Part shown: in pieces, positions 1 to 9,388 of the stretch | Numbering within the stretch: position 1 is the first letter of the stretch | Layout: each line of letters starts with the position of its first letter | Origin: a virus | Taxonomy: Duplodnaviria > Caudoviricetes | Length of the DNA: 63,811 bases | Direction: 5' to 3' (one strand) | Virus record (IMG/VR): IMGVR_UViG_3300045135_000802 | Location: 1 to 63,811 of that record | Made by a program: the position numbers and the translations under genes | The notes under the pieces: generated by a model | The model's database searches: none | What the model was told of the DNA's origin: nothing | What the model saw: only the letters and a program-made list of their open reading frames with translations

Positions 1-2
1 TA

Positions 3-74
3 AGCGATGAAGTATCTTTTGATGATGACGACGATAATCTGTCGTTCTTTGAGTCACTAGCAGAAGAAAATTGA
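3..74 (+). CDS. 32: ssDNA-binding protein gp32, C-terminal fragment (runs off the window start)
   Basis: Manual translation SDEVSFDDDDDNLSFFESLAEEN-stop; acidic tail plus LSFFxxLAEE ending typical of gp32 in T4-like phages; followed by a terminator. Confidence 0.75.
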   Translation, partial: SDEVSFDDDDDNLSFFESLAEEN

Positions 75-96
75 TGCCACCTTCTAGCTAAGTTTT

Positions 97-123
97 GGGG
101 AGCCTTGCGCTCCCCTTTTTTTT
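97..123 (+). terminator. Rho-independent terminator
   Basis: GGGGAGC-cttgc-GCTCCCC stem followed by 8 T, between convergent genes. Confidence 0.9.
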
Positions 124-2170
124 ATCTGAATCTGCCGCCATACTTGGCCATCGCTTCACTCGCCGAAGATTGTATCCTAGAAGCAGAGATAGGAACGATA
201 GTCTGAGAACTATTGTTAACTGTTGTAGAGCTATTAACATTAGTTGGAGAGCTGTTAATGTAATTCTTAGCTCCCTCAATCTTATTATTAATGTAGTTAG
301 AAGCATTAGATACGAGTCCGCCAGTAACACCGCCTGAAGTTGTAGGCTGAGGCGAAACGTCGATAGCAGCTGGACCAGATAGAGCAGCCTGTAGTTGAGT
401 GATGCGTTGAACTGCTACGTTGTATTCAATGTCGCTAGAAGCAAGACCTTTAATCTTAATCTCTCTACCTTTATCATCATAAGTAACACCGCCAGCGATA
501 GCAAGTTCAATCTTAGGAGCATTAACCTGTAACGCTTCGCCAATCTTTCTCATCTTATCGTGAATCATATTAGAATCAACTGAAGCAAAGTTACCAACGC
601 TCTTAATAAAGTTTCCTAAGAAGTCTCCAACTTTACCGATAGCATCGTACTTAGAAGCATCCATTGTTTCAAATGGCTTCAGCATATCAATGATCTTGTG
701 AACGATAGTCTTTTCGGGTTTAGCATCATCACCGCCAAACATCCAGTTCCAAGCACTCTTAACTGTATCTCCAATAGCACTAGCGATACCAGCGATACCA
801 TTAGAGCCTAAGAAAAGCATCATGGCTGGACCAAGAGCTGCGATAGCAGGAACAAGTTTAAGAACGTTTGAGGCATCTACGTCATTAAATGCGTTAAGAC
901 CTGTAGCAAGGTTAACAAGCATCTTCTTCATATTAGAACCATCAACGCCAAATACGCCCAAGAGCTCAGTTACCGAAGCAAACGCACCAATGAAACCAGC
1001 GATACCTAAACCGATAGCAGTCATACCTGTTATTGCCGCACCCTTCGCTCCAGGAACAAATCCGAATAGAGCGCCAACGCCAAGCAATGAACCAAAGGCA
1101 ATCATACTCTCGCCACTGAAAGCATTCAAACCTTCAGCAAGATTAGTGAGTAGTGACTTAACGTTTGATCCGTCTCCAATCGAGAATGCGCCACCTAACG
1201 TTAGAGCTGATAGGAAACCGCCAATACCTAAACCGATAGCACCCATACCAAGTACGGCACGACCTTTAGTGCGCATACCTGTAACAGCGCCAAATAGCAT
1301 ACCGCCAGCTAGCAATCCACCAAGAGCGTATAGACCTCTATCGTCAAATGCTTTAAGACCTTCGGCTAAGTTTACCATCTGGTTCTTAATGAACGTTCCG
1401 TCAGCATTAAAGAAAGAAGCTGTAGCATCGCCTATAGCTAGACCGCCAAAGAAGCCACCTAAGCCAAGACCAACAGCTGCCATACCTAAACCGCCACCGA
1501 TCGCTTTACCGATACCGCCAACAGCCCCGAAGAGCATTCCTGTACCTAATAGAGCGCCCATAGCGATAAGACCTTGATTATCGAAGGCAGATAGACCTTC
1601 AGCAAGGTTAACAAGCATAGACTTAAGGTTTGACCCATTACCGAACTTGGACATGATAGCTTCAGCGCCAGCCATACCCATAAAGAAACCGCCCAAGCCG
1701 ATACCGACCGCAGCGATGCCTCCTAGGATACCGCCAAGACCGCCTAAGCTAAATTTGCTCTTAGACTTTTCAGATTTAGTAACGACTGGTTCAGGAGCAG
1801 CACCCTCTTCACGGTTCTTTTCACGACGATCTTCTTCTTTTTTAATCGCATCGCCTTTAAGAACGCTAAGGGTTTCTGAGTTGATTGTGTAGATATCGCT
1901 TAGAACGCCTTTGATGTCGATAAGAGTTCCGCTAAGATCAGCAGACTTATCCTCTTTCTTCTCAATGTTGGCTTCTTCTTTTTCTACTTTAGAGAAGAGC
2001 GTAGCAAAGTCTAGGATAGATGAATGTATCCCTTTAAGTTCTGCTTGAACCCCAGTAAGATTTACCTCTAGATTATTGTTAATAGTCTCATTGCCGCTCT
2101 GTACGACCGACATGAGCGCTTCAACACTTCTAGCACTTGTAACGACTGGGGGTAACTTTTTCTTTGCCAT
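122..2170 (-). CDS. Probable tail tape measure / hub protein (gp29-like role)
   Basis: 682 aa; helical N-terminus, about four Gly-rich hydrophobic repeats (LVNLAEGL.AF...GLG.GGF); lies directly after gp26/gp51. Assignment is by synteny and composition. Confidence 0.55.
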   Translation of the reverse strand: MAKKKLPPVVTSARSVEALMSVVQSGNETINNNLEVNLTGVQAELKGIHSSILDFATLFSKVEKEEANIEKKEDKSADLSGTLIDIKGVLSDIYTINSETLSVLKGDAIKKEEDRREKNREEGAAPEPVVTKSEKSKSKFSLGGLGGILGGIAAVGIGLGGFFMGMAGAEAIMSKFGNGSNLKSMLVNLAEGLSAFDNQGLIAMGALLGTGMLFGAVGGIGKAIGGGLGMAAVGLGLGGFFGGLAIGDATASFFNADGTFIKNQMVNLAEGLKAFDDRGLYALGGLLAGGMLFGAVTGMRTKGRAVLGMGAIGLGIGGFLSALTLGGAFSIGDGSNVKSLLTNLAEGLNAFSGESMIAFGSLLGVGALFGFVPGAKGAAITGMTAIGLGIAGFIGAFASVTELLGVFGVDGSNMKKMLVNLATGLNAFNDVDASNVLKLVPAIAALGPAMMLFLGSNGIAGIASAIGDTVKSAWNWMFGGDDAKPEKTIVHKIIDMLKPFETMDASKYDAIGKVGDFLGNFIKSVGNFASVDSNMIHDKMRKIGEALQVNAPKIELAIAGGVTYDDKGREIKIKGLASSDIEYNVAVQRITQLQAALSGPAAIDVSPQPTTSGGVTGGLVSNASNYINNKIEGAKNYINSSPTNVNSSTTVNNSSQTIVPISASRIQSSASEAMAKYGGRFR

Positions 2171-2340
2171 TAGCCTTTCTGCTTCATTCGTTCTTCTTGT
2201 TCTTCTAAATGATTCTTAAGCAACATCACATATATGTCTCGCTCGAATGGAATCATATTTTCCAGCTCGCTTAAACTATATTTATGATGCTGCATCATAG
2301 CAAAGTTTAGTTGATACATATTACCTAACGTATCATGCAT
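2170..2340 (-). CDS. 51: gp51-like baseplate hub assembly protein (56 aa, not in ORF track)
   Basis: Manual translation MHDTLGNMYQLNFAMMQHHKYSLSELENMIPFERDIYVMLLKNHLEEQEERMKQKG; QHHKYSLSELENMIPFER.IY motif of the small gp51-like genes of marine T4-like phages; overlaps both neighbours by 1 nt. Confidence 0.8.
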   Translation of the reverse strand: MHDTLGNMYQLNFAMMQHHKYSLSELENMIPFERDIYVMLLKNHLEEQEERMKQKG

Positions 2341-3050
2341 CAAACTAAGGTAAAAAAACTTTGTAGCCCTTCAATAGTTACTGAGTCTTTTTCTTTACAC
2401 TTCTTACATGTCCAATCAATAGTGTACGATAGTTTAGGAATAGCTGATAGGAACTCGCCCATTCTACTAAACTGAGACTGGTCAAGCCCTTCAATCCATT
2501 CGATCATTTCTTCATCTGTAAAGTCGCTGTATACACTTTCAGAATCAAATACGTAATCAATACAAGCCGCAACCATCTTCATCATGGCTGTAGAGTCCTG
2601 TAGATTCAGTCCTCTTACGTCACTGATTGTAGGGTACTTCATAACTACGCCTATCTCATCAGTAATCATAATCTTCTTATCAACGTCTCCACCAACAACG
2701 GTAACGGCATCAATTGGAATCGATACATCAGTCTTATGATCACAAGGATTATTATCGTCTGTGTGACCAACCTTAACTTCAATAACTTCGCCTATTGACT
2801 TAGCACGTAGCTGAAGGAATAGGTGTTCAATATCGAATGTCGCCAGTTTAGATACATCAACCTTTTCGGTGAGTATACAGCTGTTCAATAGATTTACGAT
2901 AGACGATTCAATTTCAGTTTCGTCTTTACCTTCCATCGCCATAAGGAGAATCTTTTCTTCCTTAACCAAGAATGGGCGGTAACTAATAAGTTGACCCGTT
3001 GACGGGATCTTTGTTGTATACTCAGGTGTTGATATAGATGGTAAAGCCAT
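2340..3050 (-). CDS. 26: Baseplate hub assembly protein gp26-like
   Basis: MALPSISTPEY...YRPFLVKEEKILLMA...FDIEHLFLQLRAKSIGE...CKKC...GLQSFF; start moved to ATG at 3050 (GGAG SD upstream). gp26/gp51 naming varies between annotations. Confidence 0.85.
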   Translation of the reverse strand: MALPSISTPEYTTKIPSTGQLISYRPFLVKEEKILLMAMEGKDETEIESSIVNLLNSCILTEKVDVSKLATFDIEHLFLQLRAKSIGEVIEVKVGHTDDNNPCDHKTDVSIPIDAVTVVGGDVDKKIMITDEIGVVMKYPTISDVRGLNLQDSTAMMKMVAACIDYVFDSESVYSDFTDEEMIEWIEGLDQSQFSRMGEFLSAIPKLSYTIDWTCKKCKEKDSVTIEGLQSFFTLV

Positions 3051-3065
3051 AATAATCTCCAATCA

Positions 3066-3932
3066 TTACAATCCAATGTAAGAAAATACCTTTTTCTTAA
3101 GAGGGTTTAAATTAAACTGTGCGCCAGCTCCCGGAGCTGATGATATAGTTCCAAATCCAGGAATACGAACAGACCCAGCAATACCACCCTTTCCAATTTT
3201 GAAAGAGAAGGCTGAACCCAATCCTGGCTGATCTTGTCTATAGAATACGCTCTTGTAGTTTCTAAATGCGAACGATACACTCATTCTAGCAATACTATCG
3301 TCAGACCAGCTCATTGATACAGGCGACATGATGATAGGATATGCTTCTTGTAGTGTATATATTGATTGTAGAGAACCATCAGAACCGTATTGTCTAATAA
3401 TTACACTTCCGGTATAGTCGTCAAAGTATCTTGGATTATATTGACTCTGACTATATCCGTAGAAATCTTGTTGTGTGCTACCTGCCTCAAACGCACCCGT
3501 CTGAATCATAGAGTTTTGCCACTCTTCAAAGTATTGCTTCTCACGCATATCTTCTGATAGAATAAACGTCATAGCAGATTCAGAATACATCTGACCATAA
3601 GGGATCTTATTGATTGGACCATAGTTACTAAAGCGATGTTCCATAGTCATTAAACTACGACCAGGAAGTTCAGCTGAGTCAGTACGGCACATCAGTTCCC
3701 TAGCATCAAACGAAGTCAGAGTAGCTGGCGGAACGATCTGTACTTCAAAGTGAGCTGTCTTAGCAACGCCACTCTTGTTAATAGAAGCTACAATGTTCTG
3801 CGGGTTAAACCCATTACGTTCAGCAGATGGAGAGTTTTGTCTCAATCCTAACGCTTCGTTTATTTTGCCTGTGATGATCTCGCTAGCAGCATCCCTAGCC
3901 ATCCCCACCAATTGATCTTTAATTGACGCCAT
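3066..3932 (-). CDS. 54: Tail tube-fold protein, gp54-like baseplate-tube initiator
   Basis: AELPGRSL, YFEEWQ, Y.LQEAYPI...MSW motifs of the gp19/gp54 family; ATG at 3932 coupled to the gp2 stop (TAATG). Confidence 0.65.
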   Translation of the reverse strand: MASIKDQLVGMARDAASEIITGKINEALGLRQNSPSAERNGFNPQNIVASINKSGVAKTAHFEVQIVPPATLTSFDARELMCRTDSAELPGRSLMTMEHRFSNYGPINKIPYGQMYSESAMTFILSEDMREKQYFEEWQNSMIQTGAFEAGSTQQDFYGYSQSQYNPRYFDDYTGSVIIRQYGSDGSLQSIYTLQEAYPIIMSPVSMSWSDDSIARMSVSFAFRNYKSVFYRQDQPGLGSAFSFKIGKGGIAGSVRIPGFGTISSAPGAGAQFNLNPLKKKVFSYIGL

Positions 3933-4522
3933 TAGATTTTTGCCCTTGAATCTGCCCAAACTTGATCAGCGCTTGCTTTAGCAAATCGTTGTGTTGGTAG
4001 CATTAGAGCGATATCCCATTCAGTTGGATGAATCATAATATACTGAGACTGAACGTGACTCGCTAGATAATGTTTAAATGTTGGCTTAAAGTACTTGTAA
4101 CGACTCGCATGTTTTAGTACACTATATGTAAAAGCAATACGAGTTGAATCATCATACCTTCTATTCGTTTTAATACTGTATAGAGCATCCATAAGTTTAG
4201 CTCTAAGTTTGATAGGCAGATAGTGAAGGTTCAAGCCATAGAACCCACCAGGAGCGTTATCAACTACAAAGATCAACGGGAACTTATCGTAATATGGTAG
4301 AGTCTGTTTCCCTTTAGGATCATATCTAAAGTGATACATCTTTCCAATTTCAATGCTTGATACGAGCTTCGTTGAGTCGGCTAGCATCTTGTTTGGAGTT
4401 ACTCTAGACTTGCCTACATCTTTAGATAGATCCCTGAACCACTTACGTGCGGCAGCATTCCTAGCAGGTAACTGCCCAGAACGGATGCCTTTTAATAGAA
4501 TTTCGTCGAATACTTGTGCCAT
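3932..4522 (-). CDS. 2: DNA end protector protein gp2
   Basis: GKMYHFRYDPKGKQTLPYYDKFPLIF, GLNLHYLP, FKHYL, EWDIALMLPTQRF motifs. Confidence 0.9.
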   Translation of the reverse strand: MAQVFDEILLKGIRSGQLPARNAAARKWFRDLSKDVGKSRVTPNKMLADSTKLVSSIEIGKMYHFRYDPKGKQTLPYYDKFPLIFVVDNAPGGFYGLNLHYLPIKLRAKLMDALYSIKTNRRYDDSTRIAFTYSVLKHASRYKYFKPTFKHYLASHVQSQYIMIHPTEWDIALMLPTQRFAKASADQVWADSRAKI

Positions 4523-4527
4523 ATACC

Positions 4528-4965
4528 TTATTTATACTTCTTTCCAAAAAGATGTTCTTCAGTAATGACCTGAAATTTCCAATTTCTATCAGCGCAGAAT
4601 TCTATAGCAGCTTCCCACTTTGCCTGATTGATTCCCCAAGTCTTTACTTCGTTTAAATACTTCTTAGTGATCCTGCTTTTCTTAGCAGGCGGTTTAGATT
4701 GAGACGCTGGTTTGACTTCAAAAACAACGATGTCGCCATTCGTTGTCTTTACAATAAAGTCGGGAAAGTATCTATGTCTCTTTCCATCTATTGGAGAACG
4801 ATAGGGTATAGCAAACTCTTCGCTTCCCCACCAGAGAATATCAGGGTTCTTGTCGAAATAAGACATACACTGTAATTCCCAAGAGCTCCTATAGGTTATC
4901 TTGGTTGGATCTCCCTTATATTTCTCAGGGAACTTTGGTTTATATTTACCTTGATGGAACTTCAT
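4528..4965 (-). CDS. 4: Head completion nuclease gp4 (TnsA-like PD-(D/E)XK)
   Basis: GKYKPKFPEKYKGDP..ITYRSSWE, HRYFPDF, EVKP, NQAKWEAA; true start ATG 4965, the longer ORF overlaps gp48. Confidence 0.92.
   Translation of the reverse strand: MKFHQGKYKPKFPEKYKGDPTKITYRSSWELQCMSYFDKNPDILWWGSEEFAIPYRSPIDGKRHRYFPDFIVKTTNGDIVVFEVKPASQSKPPAKKSRITKKYLNEVKTWGINQAKWEAAIEFCADRNWKFQVITEEHLFGKKYK
4529..4536 (-). promoter_or_regulatory. T4 late promoter (gp55-dependent)
   Basis: TATAAATA on the minus strand overlapping the gp4 stop, just upstream of gene 2. Confidence 0.7.
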
Positions 4966-4987
4966 AGAGATTAGGTGTTCTCGGGTG

Positions 4988-4995
4988 TATAAATA
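4988..4995 (+). promoter_or_regulatory. T4 late promoter
   Basis: TATAAATA in the divergent intergenic gap about 30 nt before gp48. Confidence 0.85.
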
Positions 4996-5026
4996 GTTGA
5001 AAATACACATTATATAGGGTATCCTA

Positions 5027-6184
5027 ATGGCATTTCTAGATAAGATCGCTTCGAGCGTCGTCAATAATATCGGGAAAGAGATAACAAGAAACAGCGGTAT
5101 TAACTTCCAAATTGGCGAAGGCGGTCTTTCTGTGTCTGGTGCGTTGAACAACGTCATTCAGAAGAAGATGAAATATCAGAATATCAACTCCCCAATTAAA
5201 GAACTGTATGAACCTAATGGCGGTAAGACGTATCAGCCAATCGTTTATCCTTCAGATCTAGATAACGATCACTACATTATGTTTCATATTATGAAGCGCA
5301 AGCGTCCGGGAATCAACTCTGCTCCGACTGATAGAGCTATTAGGACTCTTGTTCTACCTGTACCAATGAACCTTCAAACAGCTTACGGTGTAAACTATGA
5401 GAACCGTGGTATGGGTATCCTTGGCGGTATGGCTTCTGGTCAGCTTGGCGTAAACAACGTTGTTCAGGCAGGACAGTCTTTATATGATGCGGCTAAAGCA
5501 AAAGCAGCTGATCTAGCAGGGGTTGTAACAAACAACGTATCAGATAGCTGGATAACTCAAAACCCAGGAACCTCTAATATGCTCGGGTTGAGTAGTGGCG
5601 GTCTTACTGATGCTAACAAGCATGCGGGTAATCAAGCGCTCGCTGTTGGGGCTGGCGTTGGGGCTACGGCAATCGGTGCGGCAGTTGGTGGCGCTGTTGG
5701 TGGTATCCTAACAGCTGGCGCTCTTGGTATTCAGAACATCGGTGCTGGTATTATGTCTTCAGCTGGTAAGGCAATCAACCCACACATGGCTGTACTGTTC
5801 AAGGATGTCGGCTTCCGTAACTTCTCATTCGCTTATAAGTTGGTTGCTCGAAATCAAGAAGAGTCTGATTCTATTAAAGAGATGATCTCGCTTCTAAAAT
5901 ATCACATGCACCCTGCTCTTGAAGACGGCACATTAACGTTTGGTTACCCAGAAGAGTTTGAGATTGAGTTCTCTAGAACTATCTCTCCATATCTATTTAA
6001 GATTCATAAGTCTGTATTGACAGGAATTAGCGTAAACTACAACGGTGAGAATATGCCGTTGTTCTTTGAAGATACTCAAGCGCCCGTATCAATCGAACTT
6101 ACGATGAACTTCCAAGAAACGAAGATCCTTACAAAAGAAGATTTCAGGGAATCTGGTTCTGCTGGAAAAGAGGGTAACGCATAA
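5027..6184 (+). CDS. 48: Baseplate tail tube cap gp48
   Basis: YPSDL, NPHMAVLFKDVGFRNFSFAYKLVARNQEES, YPEEFEIEF, PVSIELTMNFQE; precedes gp53. Confidence 0.85.
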   Translation: MAFLDKIASSVVNNIGKEITRNSGINFQIGEGGLSVSGALNNVIQKKMKYQNINSPIKELYEPNGGKTYQPIVYPSDLDNDHYIMFHIMKRKRPGINSAPTDRAIRTLVLPVPMNLQTAYGVNYENRGMGILGGMASGQLGVNNVVQAGQSLYDAAKAKAADLAGVVTNNVSDSWITQNPGTSNMLGLSSGGLTDANKHAGNQALAVGAGVGATAIGAAVGGAVGGILTAGALGIQNIGAGIMSSAGKAINPHMAVLFKDVGFRNFSFAYKLVARNQEESDSIKEMISLLKYHMHPALEDGTLTFGYPEEFEIEFSRTISPYLFKIHKSVLTGISVNYNGENMPLFFEDTQAPVSIELTMNFQETKILTKEDFRESGSAGKEGNA

Positions 6185-6759
6185 TGTCTATCTATTTCTC
6201 ATACTTCCCTCTAGTAGCGCATGACCTTACAAACGAAGGTAAGAACGTTCTTTTAACGAATATCATGAGAAGGTTTAAAGTTAAATCTTCTGTTAAAGAT
6301 AACACCTCTGTATATTACGACTATGATATTCAAGCAGGAGATCGTCCAGATACAATCGCTGAGAAGTATTACGGAAGCTCATCGTTGGCTTGGATCGTTA
6401 TTCACTACAATGATATAATCGATCCGTTCTATGGTTGGCCACTATTTGATCCTGACTTCTCAGAATACATTCGAACAAAATACGGTTCTATCTCAGCATC
6501 TCAAAGTACGGTATATGAATACCGTCAGATTCTTCAGGAAAAACAAACGTTGGTTGACGGAACGATTATCCCTGAAAAATACCTTGTTGTCGATCAGACT
6601 ACATATAATGGATTGACTGAACTTGAAAGAGTGGCGGTTACTTACTGGGATTATGAGATCGAAGAAAACGAAAAGAAAAGAAAGATTAAAATCCTAGATA
6701 AGAAATATGTTCCTCAGTTGAGAGCTGAAGTAGAAAAAGTCCTTAGGAATAATGTATAA
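6184..6759 (+). CDS. 53: Baseplate wedge protein gp53 (LysM-like)
   Basis: YFSYFP, YDIQAGDRPDTIAEKYYG, NDIIDPFYGWP, YEIEENEKKRKIKIL. Confidence 0.92.
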   Translation: MSIYFSYFPLVAHDLTNEGKNVLLTNIMRRFKVKSSVKDNTSVYYDYDIQAGDRPDTIAEKYYGSSSLAWIVIHYNDIIDPFYGWPLFDPDFSEYIRTKYGSISASQSTVYEYRQILQEKQTLVDGTIIPEKYLVVDQTTYNGLTELERVAVTYWDYEIEENEKKRKIKILDKKYVPQLRAEVEKVLRNNV

Positions 6760-8120
6760 TGGCTGGTAGCGGTATTGATCAGGGTTTCCGTAAACCAGGA
6801 GACGTAGAAATTGAGAGTGCTGTAATAGTAACTTCTTCTGGAGAGTTGCTTGACATTTCTCAGATCACTATGGAGCTGAACGTCTATCAGAGTATCTTTG
6901 ATCATTATATGTACTGCGATGCGCTGATTGAAGACTCTATGGGTATACTAGACTCATTGGGTGGCGGTTTTACGGGCGGTGAGCTTCTGTTCCTATCATT
7001 CAAGAACCGTGAAGAGACAAACGAATTTGAGTTCCGCAAGAATGTATTTCGTATTTATGATGTAACTGATCGAAACCGTGTACAAGAATCACGAGAGATT
7101 TACAACTTTGCTTGTATTAGTGCTGAGGCATATCAAGCAGCACCTGTTAAAGTTAAGAAAGCTCTTGGTGGTACTAGCGGTTCTCCTGTAAGCGATATGG
7201 TTAAGTCTATATTCAACGAGTATATCTTTAATGGAGATATGAAGTCTATTCATAGCGGTATATCTTCAGCTCTTAAAACGTCACTGAATAAAAAGAATGA
7301 GTTTGATCCAACTGACGGTAATCAGAAGTTCGTTATCCCTCACCTAGATGTAAATGATACAATCGACTTCCTATGCGATGAGGCTGACTCAGAAGATCAT
7401 ATTCCATATTATCTGTTCTTTGAAAACTCAGAAGGGTTTAAGTTTAAGAATCTATCAACCCTAGTTAAGCAAGAGCCTATCGGCGAATGGTTCTATCTGT
7501 TTAACAACATATCTAAAGAAGGTTTGGCAGGAACGACTCAAGACGACCCTTATAAGATTATGGCATACCGTGTAGTTGAAACATCTGATATGCTATCAAA
7601 GCTCTATAAAGGTATGCTGAAGTCTAGAACTCTTAATCTAGATATGATGAAAAAGAAAGTTACTGAAAAGAAATACACTTATGATAAGTTCTATGGTAAG
7701 TTTGAAAAGCTCGGTGAAGGTAAACTTGCCGGAACGCTTACAGAAGAAACCGATCCAGTAATTAATCTAATTACATCTAGAACTGGACATGATACGGATA
7801 AGTTGTTCTCAGAAGAGAAACATTTACCTAAGAAAATAAATGAAACACTAGGTGTCAAAGAAGCTTACTCTAAGTCTATCTTCAATACTATAGTAGAAGT
7901 TACACTACACGGTAACTCAGAGTTCAAAGCAGGCGATACAATCAATTTAAAATTCCCGATTTCAACTGATACTGACAAAGATAAGCTTGGAGACGGGACT
8001 GATAAATACCTCACAGGCAAATACTTAATCACCAAAGTCCGCCATAAAATTACAGGTGCTACAACAGGCGATACGTTCGTATCTGTTTTAGAATGCTGTA
8101 AAGACGGCAAGTCATTGTAG
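6759..8120 (+). CDS. Probable baseplate hub protein (gp27-like)
   Basis: 453 aa between gp53 and gp5; YLFFEN.EGFKF and GDTI...YLTGKYLITKVRHKI C-terminal pattern of hub/VgrG-gp27 type proteins. Confidence 0.6.
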   Translation: MAGSGIDQGFRKPGDVEIESAVIVTSSGELLDISQITMELNVYQSIFDHYMYCDALIEDSMGILDSLGGGFTGGELLFLSFKNREETNEFEFRKNVFRIYDVTDRNRVQESREIYNFACISAEAYQAAPVKVKKALGGTSGSPVSDMVKSIFNEYIFNGDMKSIHSGISSALKTSLNKKNEFDPTDGNQKFVIPHLDVNDTIDFLCDEADSEDHIPYYLFFENSEGFKFKNLSTLVKQEPIGEWFYLFNNISKEGLAGTTQDDPYKIMAYRVVETSDMLSKLYKGMLKSRTLNLDMMKKKVTEKKYTYDKFYGKFEKLGEGKLAGTLTEETDPVINLITSRTGHDTDKLFSEEKHLPKKINETLGVKEAYSKSIFNTIVEVTLHGNSEFKAGDTINLKFPISTDTDKDKLGDGTDKYLTGKYLITKVRHKITGATTGDTFVSVLECCKDGKSL

Positions 8121-8129
8121 GAGATATAA

Positions 8130-8294
8130 ATGGCACTTCCAAACAAAAACGCTAAACCAAAGAAAAAAGAGTTCCTTCAAGAAGTAGTTGAACCAGAGAT
8201 TCAAGTACCGACTGAACCTGAAATGCTTCAGGAAATCTTTGAAGGCGAATCTGAAGAAGAACAGACTACAGAAAACTTTAATACTGGTTACTAA
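8130..8294 (+). CDS. Small acidic hypothetical protein (54 aa, not in ORF track)
   Basis: GGAG SD, MALPNKNAKPKKKEFLQEVVEPEIQVPTEPEMLQEIFEGESEEEQTTENFNTGY, stop overlaps gp5 ATG; fills the gap exactly. Confidence 0.7.
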   Translation: MALPNKNAKPKKKEFLQEVVEPEIQVPTEPEMLQEIFEGESEEEQTTENFNTGY

Positions 8295-9388
8295 TGCGTA
8301 ATTTCATCGGCAGAAGCGGCTTCACTTGGTTTGTAGGTGTAGTCGAGGATAGAAACGATCCAGTTAAAATGGGTCGTGTAAGAGTCCGTGCGTATGGTTG
8401 GCACACTGAAGATAAAGTGGAACTTCCAACTGACGCTCTGCCGTGGGCGATCGTTTCTAACGGTATCGATTCAGCATCGGTAAGTGGGTATGGACATTCT
8501 CCAACAGGAATGTTTGAAGGTACTTGGGTGTTCGGTTTCTTCATGGATGGTGAGCGAGCTCAAGAGCCTGTAGTCTTTGGAACTATTCCAGGATTACCTT
8601 CTGAAAAACCTAATGCCGATAAAGGGTTCTTTGATCCAAACGAAGTGTATCCAAAGTACACTGACGAACCTGACGTAAACCGTAGAGCGGTCGCTAACCC
8701 AGACAATCCACATGATATAGTTAAAGCGAAAGAAGATGCTCAATCTAAAGGTATCGCTAGAGCTTTAGGTGGACCAAGCTGGGATGAATATGCTTTTACT
8801 GTAGAAAGTACATATCCATACAATCACGTATACGAATCTGAATCTGGACATATGGTCGAGTTTGACGATACCGAAGGTAAAGAACGTATACATGAATATC
8901 ATAAGTCTGGAACGTTCTATGAGATCGATCCTGACGGAAATAAATCTACTCGAATAGTTGGTGATGAGTATGAAGTTACAATCAAAGATAAGAACGTTTA
9001 TATTAAAGGCAGCTGTAACATCACCATTGATACAAATGCTAGCTTATATGTAAAAGGTAATCTAGACGTTCAGGTTGACGGTAATTACACTCAATACACT
9101 AAAGGCAACTACATCAACAAAGTTGACGGTAGAATGGATATCGTATCAGCTGGAGAGATTTCTAGGCAGTCAGGTTCTCATATACTAGATAATGCCCCAA
9201 GAATAGATTTCAACCCAGCAAGCGGAGCTCCTTCAGTTTCTTACTCGCCTTCTTCAGCGGCAGCCGAGTCTGAAAAGTCTAAAGAGAATGCTCAATCAAC
9301 TGTTAACGATCTAGGATCAAACCCTGATCTAGTAGCAAGCCTAACACCGGAAGAGCAAGCAGCTCTTGCTAGAGTACAGAGTAACTAA
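8294..9388 (+). CDS. 5: Baseplate central spike gp5 (no lysozyme domain)
   Basis: N-terminal OB fold WFVGVVEDRNDP..GRVRVR..G.H, LPWA, WVFGFFMDG; YPYNHVYESESGH..EFDDT; beta-helix V.GN repeats; PRIDFN. Confidence 0.92.
   Translation: MRNFIGRSGFTWFVGVVEDRNDPVKMGRVRVRAYGWHTEDKVELPTDALPWAIVSNGIDSASVSGYGHSPTGMFEGTWVFGFFMDGERAQEPVVFGTIPGLPSEKPNADKGFFDPNEVYPKYTDEPDVNRRAVANPDNPHDIVKAKEDAQSKGIARALGGPSWDEYAFTVESTYPYNHVYESESGHMVEFDDTEGKERIHEYHKSGTFYEIDPDGNKSTRIVGDEYEVTIKDKNVYIKGSCNITIDTNASLYVKGNLDVQVDGNYTQYTKGNYINKVDGRMDIVSAGEISRQSGSHILDNAPRIDFNPASGAPSVSYSPSSAAAESEKSKENAQSTVNDLGSNPDLVASLTPEEQAALARVQSN

Noticed and set aside
822-1892. Plus-strand Pro-rich ORFs 822-1577 and 1647-1892
   Set aside because: Antisense shadows of Gly-rich codons in the minus-strand gene.
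4966-5157. N-terminal extension of gp4 in the ORF track
   Set aside because: Overlaps gp48 and the late promoter; homology-like sequence begins at MKFHQGKY (4965).
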